Origin: PVC group bacterium
GTDB taxonomy: Bacteria; GCA-001730085; JADFSZ01
Reading direction: 5' to 3'
Assembly: GCA_022560555.1 (NCBI GenBank)
Contig: JADFSZ010000018.1
Span: 1 to 15,372, forward strand
DNA: 15,372 nt
The first letter of the stretch is position 1. Every line of letters begins with the position of its first letter. Of this stretch, positions 12,965 to 15,372 are shown piece after piece. Below the pieces are notes generated by a model. The model was not told the origin of the DNA, did no database searches, and was given only the letters and a program-made list of their open reading frames with translations. The translations under genes were made by a program, and so were the position numbers.

Positions 12965-15262
12965 TTAAAAAAGTTTCCCGACACCAAAATGCCAACGAGC
13001 CGAATCGGCATTAAGATCACGTTCGTCTTTGTCCAAAACCCACGCATAGTCCAATTTCATCGGACCAAAAGGCGTTTTTACACGCACACCGACACCCGCA
13101 CCGCTCACAAGACTTCCCAGATTCCAGGAAAATTCATCTTCATAAACATTTCCCGTGTCATAAAACACAGCACCCCGAATGACATCTTTATAAACCGGAA
13201 AACTGTATTCGGCGCTCGCAAGCAGTATCGTATTGCCTCCGATGGGATTGTTTGCCGCGTCCCTCGGCCCAACTTGACGAAATCCGAATCCCCGCAAATT
13301 GTTTCCTCCGGCAAAAAACCGCTCAAAAATCGGAACGCGGTCCGAGGCCCCATAGTTTTGAATCGTCCCTAAATCAAGCGAGAGTTCCAAAACCTGTTTT
13401 TCGATGAAAGAATAATATTTCTTAGCCGCAACATTGTACTTCAGATACTCCACATCTCCGCCGAGCGGGCCTCCCATAAATTCCGTTGAAAATGACGTTG
13501 AGTATCCCCGTGTGGGGAACGTGCCGCTATTCGTTGTATTGCGGGATAAGGTGACCGTCAAACTGCTTAAAAGCGTTTCCCCTCCCTCCGCGAGAATCAA
13601 AGGCGATGCATCAAGCGAGAAAGAATCAATTTTAACATTTTCGATTTTGTAACGTGCGGATATGTAGTTGTGTTTTCCTAGCGCCTTTCCCAATCGTACG
13701 GCTCCGCCCGTTCGTCTTTCGTCAAAATCAGCACGAAAGAAATCACGATTGAAAAGATCTACCCCAAATAATACGGGATAATCGAACAGCCAGGGTTCTA
13801 CGAAATTCAACTCATAATCCCGCCGGCGACGTCCGACTTCCGCACGCAAACGCAGGCGTTGACCACCCCCGATAAAACTGGGAAAATTCCCAATATCAAA
13901 ATTTGTTTGTGTCATTTCAACAAAACCGATTAAATTTTCAATGGTGCTGTAACCGGCCCCAAAACTCAAGTTTCCCGTTTTCTTTTCCACAACATCCACA
14001 ATCAAATTTTCATGATTCGGCATACTGCCGGGCTCGATATTGAGCCGAACATCTTCAAAGTATTCCATCTTGAGAAGTCTCTCCTGGCTTTTAGAAAGCT
14101 CGCCTCCGTCAAAAACATCAAGGGGTTTCAGTGTAATATTCCTTCGGATAACAATATCTTTCGTCTTCGCATTGCCTCGGATGACGATGTTCTCTATGTA
14201 TATTTTTTCGTTTTCGCTGATGCGAAATTCTAAATTAATATCCTGAGTTTCTTCATCAATTCTTGTAAACAGATCCACTTTGGCATAAATGTAGCCTCTG
14301 TCGCCATAAAATTCTTCAATATTTCCGATGGATTCTGACACCGTTGTCAGGTTGTAAACATTTCCTCTCTTAACGGTGATGGATTTCCTGAGATCTTCTT
14401 CGGGGAATAAGATATTGCCGTTCACCCGGACTTCACCAATTTGATAGATATACCCTTCTTCCACAACTATCACGATATCCAAAAATTTCTTATCTTCGCT
14501 TTCGGTTTCGTCTACTTTAAGAATTCTCGCGTTAATGTAACCTTGATCCCGGTAATGGCGCATAACAGCATCTAAGTCCGCCTGAAAAATTTCTCGCTTC
14601 ATGTATCCGGATTGAAAAATTCCGCTTTTTTTTGTTTTCATGGCTTTAACAAAAACTTTGTCCGGTATATCGTCATTTCCTTCAAAAACAATGCTTCGGA
14701 TCTTGACTCGGGGGCCCTCTACGATCACATATGTCACCACCGCGGATTGCGTCTCAGGGTCTGCGTCAATTTCAGCCTGGACAATGACCGCAGAATGCCC
14801 CTTTTTTTCATAATAAGCCTTGAGTTGATTCACGTCACTTTGAACGATGCTTTGATTTAAAACGCTTCCTTCTAACAGAGTGATTTCACGCACAAGTTTC
14901 TTTGTTCGAAACCGGTCGTTTCCCGAGATAATAATGGCGGTCACGGTCAGTTTTTCTGTAACGGAGAATATAATATCAACGCCTTCGTCCAATTCATCCA
15001 ATTGAACCGTGATATCAGAAAAGTACCCCAGAGAATACAGGCGACGAAGATCCTCGTTTAAAACCGCACTTTCAAAGGGATCTCCCTTTTTAAGACGAAT
15101 TTGGGGCAAAACGAGATCCGGACTGATGTTTTGACTTCCCCGGACAATGATGTCATGAACAGGAATGCCATCACGGACGGCCCATGCCGGATGACTCCAT
15201 CCAAAAAAGAGGCTTGTAAACAAGGAGAGAGATAAAACAATTTTTAAAAGCTTTGACGTCAT
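12965..15262 (-). CDS. bamA: Outer-membrane protein assembly factor BamA (POTRA domains plus 16-strand-type beta-barrel)
   Basis: The protein is 765 aa with a signal peptide ending AWA. Repeated POTRA-like units are visible (I..I.V.GN......I......G......L..D...L...GYF). The C-terminal barrel carries FFAGG, RGF and a terminal aromatic residue (HFGVGKLF). It is in synteny with skp and the lpx genes. Confidence 0.93.
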   Translation of the reverse strand: MTSKLLKIVLSLSLFTSLFFGWSHPAWAVRDGIPVHDIIVRGSQNISPDLVLPQIRLKKGDPFESAVLNEDLRRLYSLGYFSDITVQLDELDEGVDIIFSVTEKLTVTAIIISGNDRFRTKKLVREITLLEGSVLNQSIVQSDVNQLKAYYEKKGHSAVIVQAEIDADPETQSAVVTYVIVEGPRVKIRSIVFEGNDDIPDKVFVKAMKTKKSGIFQSGYMKREIFQADLDAVMRHYRDQGYINARILKVDETESEDKKFLDIVIVVEEGYIYQIGEVRVNGNILFPEEDLRKSITVKRGNVYNLTTVSESIGNIEEFYGDRGYIYAKVDLFTRIDEETQDINLEFRISENEKIYIENIVIRGNAKTKDIVIRRNITLKPLDVFDGGELSKSQERLLKMEYFEDVRLNIEPGSMPNHENLIVDVVEKKTGNLSFGAGYSTIENLIGFVEMTQTNFDIGNFPSFIGGGQRLRLRAEVGRRRRDYELNFVEPWLFDYPVLFGVDLFNRDFFRADFDERRTGGAVRLGKALGKHNYISARYKIENVKIDSFSLDASPLILAEGGETLLSSLTVTLSRNTTNSGTFPTRGYSTSFSTEFMGGPLGGDVEYLKYNVAAKKYYSFIEKQVLELSLDLGTIQNYGASDRVPIFERFFAGGNNLRGFGFRQVGPRDAANNPIGGNTILLASAEYSFPVYKDVIRGAVFYDTGNVYEDEFSWNLGSLVSGAGVGVRVKTPFGPMKLDYAWVLDKDERDLNADSARWHFGVGKLF

Positions 15263-15310
15263 TGATCTTTTTTAATCTTCTTTATACTGTGTTTGCATAT
15301 AATATCATAA

Positions 15311-15338
15311 ATGCTAAAAAAAATATATTTATTGGCAA
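15311..15338 (-). promoter_or_regulatory. Weak candidate promoter upstream of bamA
   Basis: The minus strand reads TTGCCA (15338..15333), a 16-nt AT-rich spacer containing T8, then TAGCAT (15316..15311). The -10 matches only 4/6. The region is AT-rich, so alternative hexamers exist. Confidence 0.25.
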
Positions 15339-15372
15339 GTGTAATTCTTTTAAGCCGTTAACTCTTCATAGG

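Noticed and set aside
12941-13372. A 143-aa + strand ORF overlapping the bamA 3' end and the bamA-skp spacer
   Set aside because: It is antisense to the conserved BamA barrel C-terminus and has no motifs. It is a likely chance ORF.
1-15372. A search for mobile elements, CRISPR repeats, tRNA/rRNA genes and defence-type gene content
   Set aside because: I saw no terminal inverted repeats flanking a transposase-like ORF, no regularly spaced direct repeats, no cloverleaf-like tRNA candidates in the short intergenic gaps, and no nuclease, ATPase or toxin-like ORFs. The window is fully accounted for by the two operons.

Overview
All 13 supportable genes lie on the minus strand, in two back-to-back modules. 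No tRNA, rRNA, CRISPR array, transposase or integrase signal was seen.

Module A (15262 down to 6470) is a conserved outer-membrane and lipid A biogenesis operon: bamA, skp/ompH, a fused lpxC-fabZ, lpxA, lpxI, a second LpxA-family paralog, a Gfo/Idh/MocA oxidoreductase in the position GnnA occupies in some genomes, and lpxB. No lpxD sits in its usual slot between skp and fabZ.

Module B (6270 down to 117) follows a 199-nt spacer that carries a near-consensus sigma70-type promoter. It is a five-gene type IV pilus / type II secretion-like envelope module:
- a PilM-PilN fusion, which gives a GspL-like topology
- a PilO/GspM-like bitopic protein
- a membrane-anchored PilP/GspC-like protein
- a TPR plus basic coiled-coil protein whose C-terminus looks like a secretin N0 (STN) domain
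- a short secretin with its own signal peptide

The most interesting observation is that the secretin appears split across the last two genes. Those two reading frames overlap across a G7 homopolymer, and losing one G would fuse them. No ATPase, platform protein or pilin is in the window.

The sequence is moderately AT-rich by eye. The domain patterns fit a PVC-like or candidate-phylum Gram-negative lineage, but that is only an inference. All functional calls come from reading motifs in the translated ORFs; no database search was possible.
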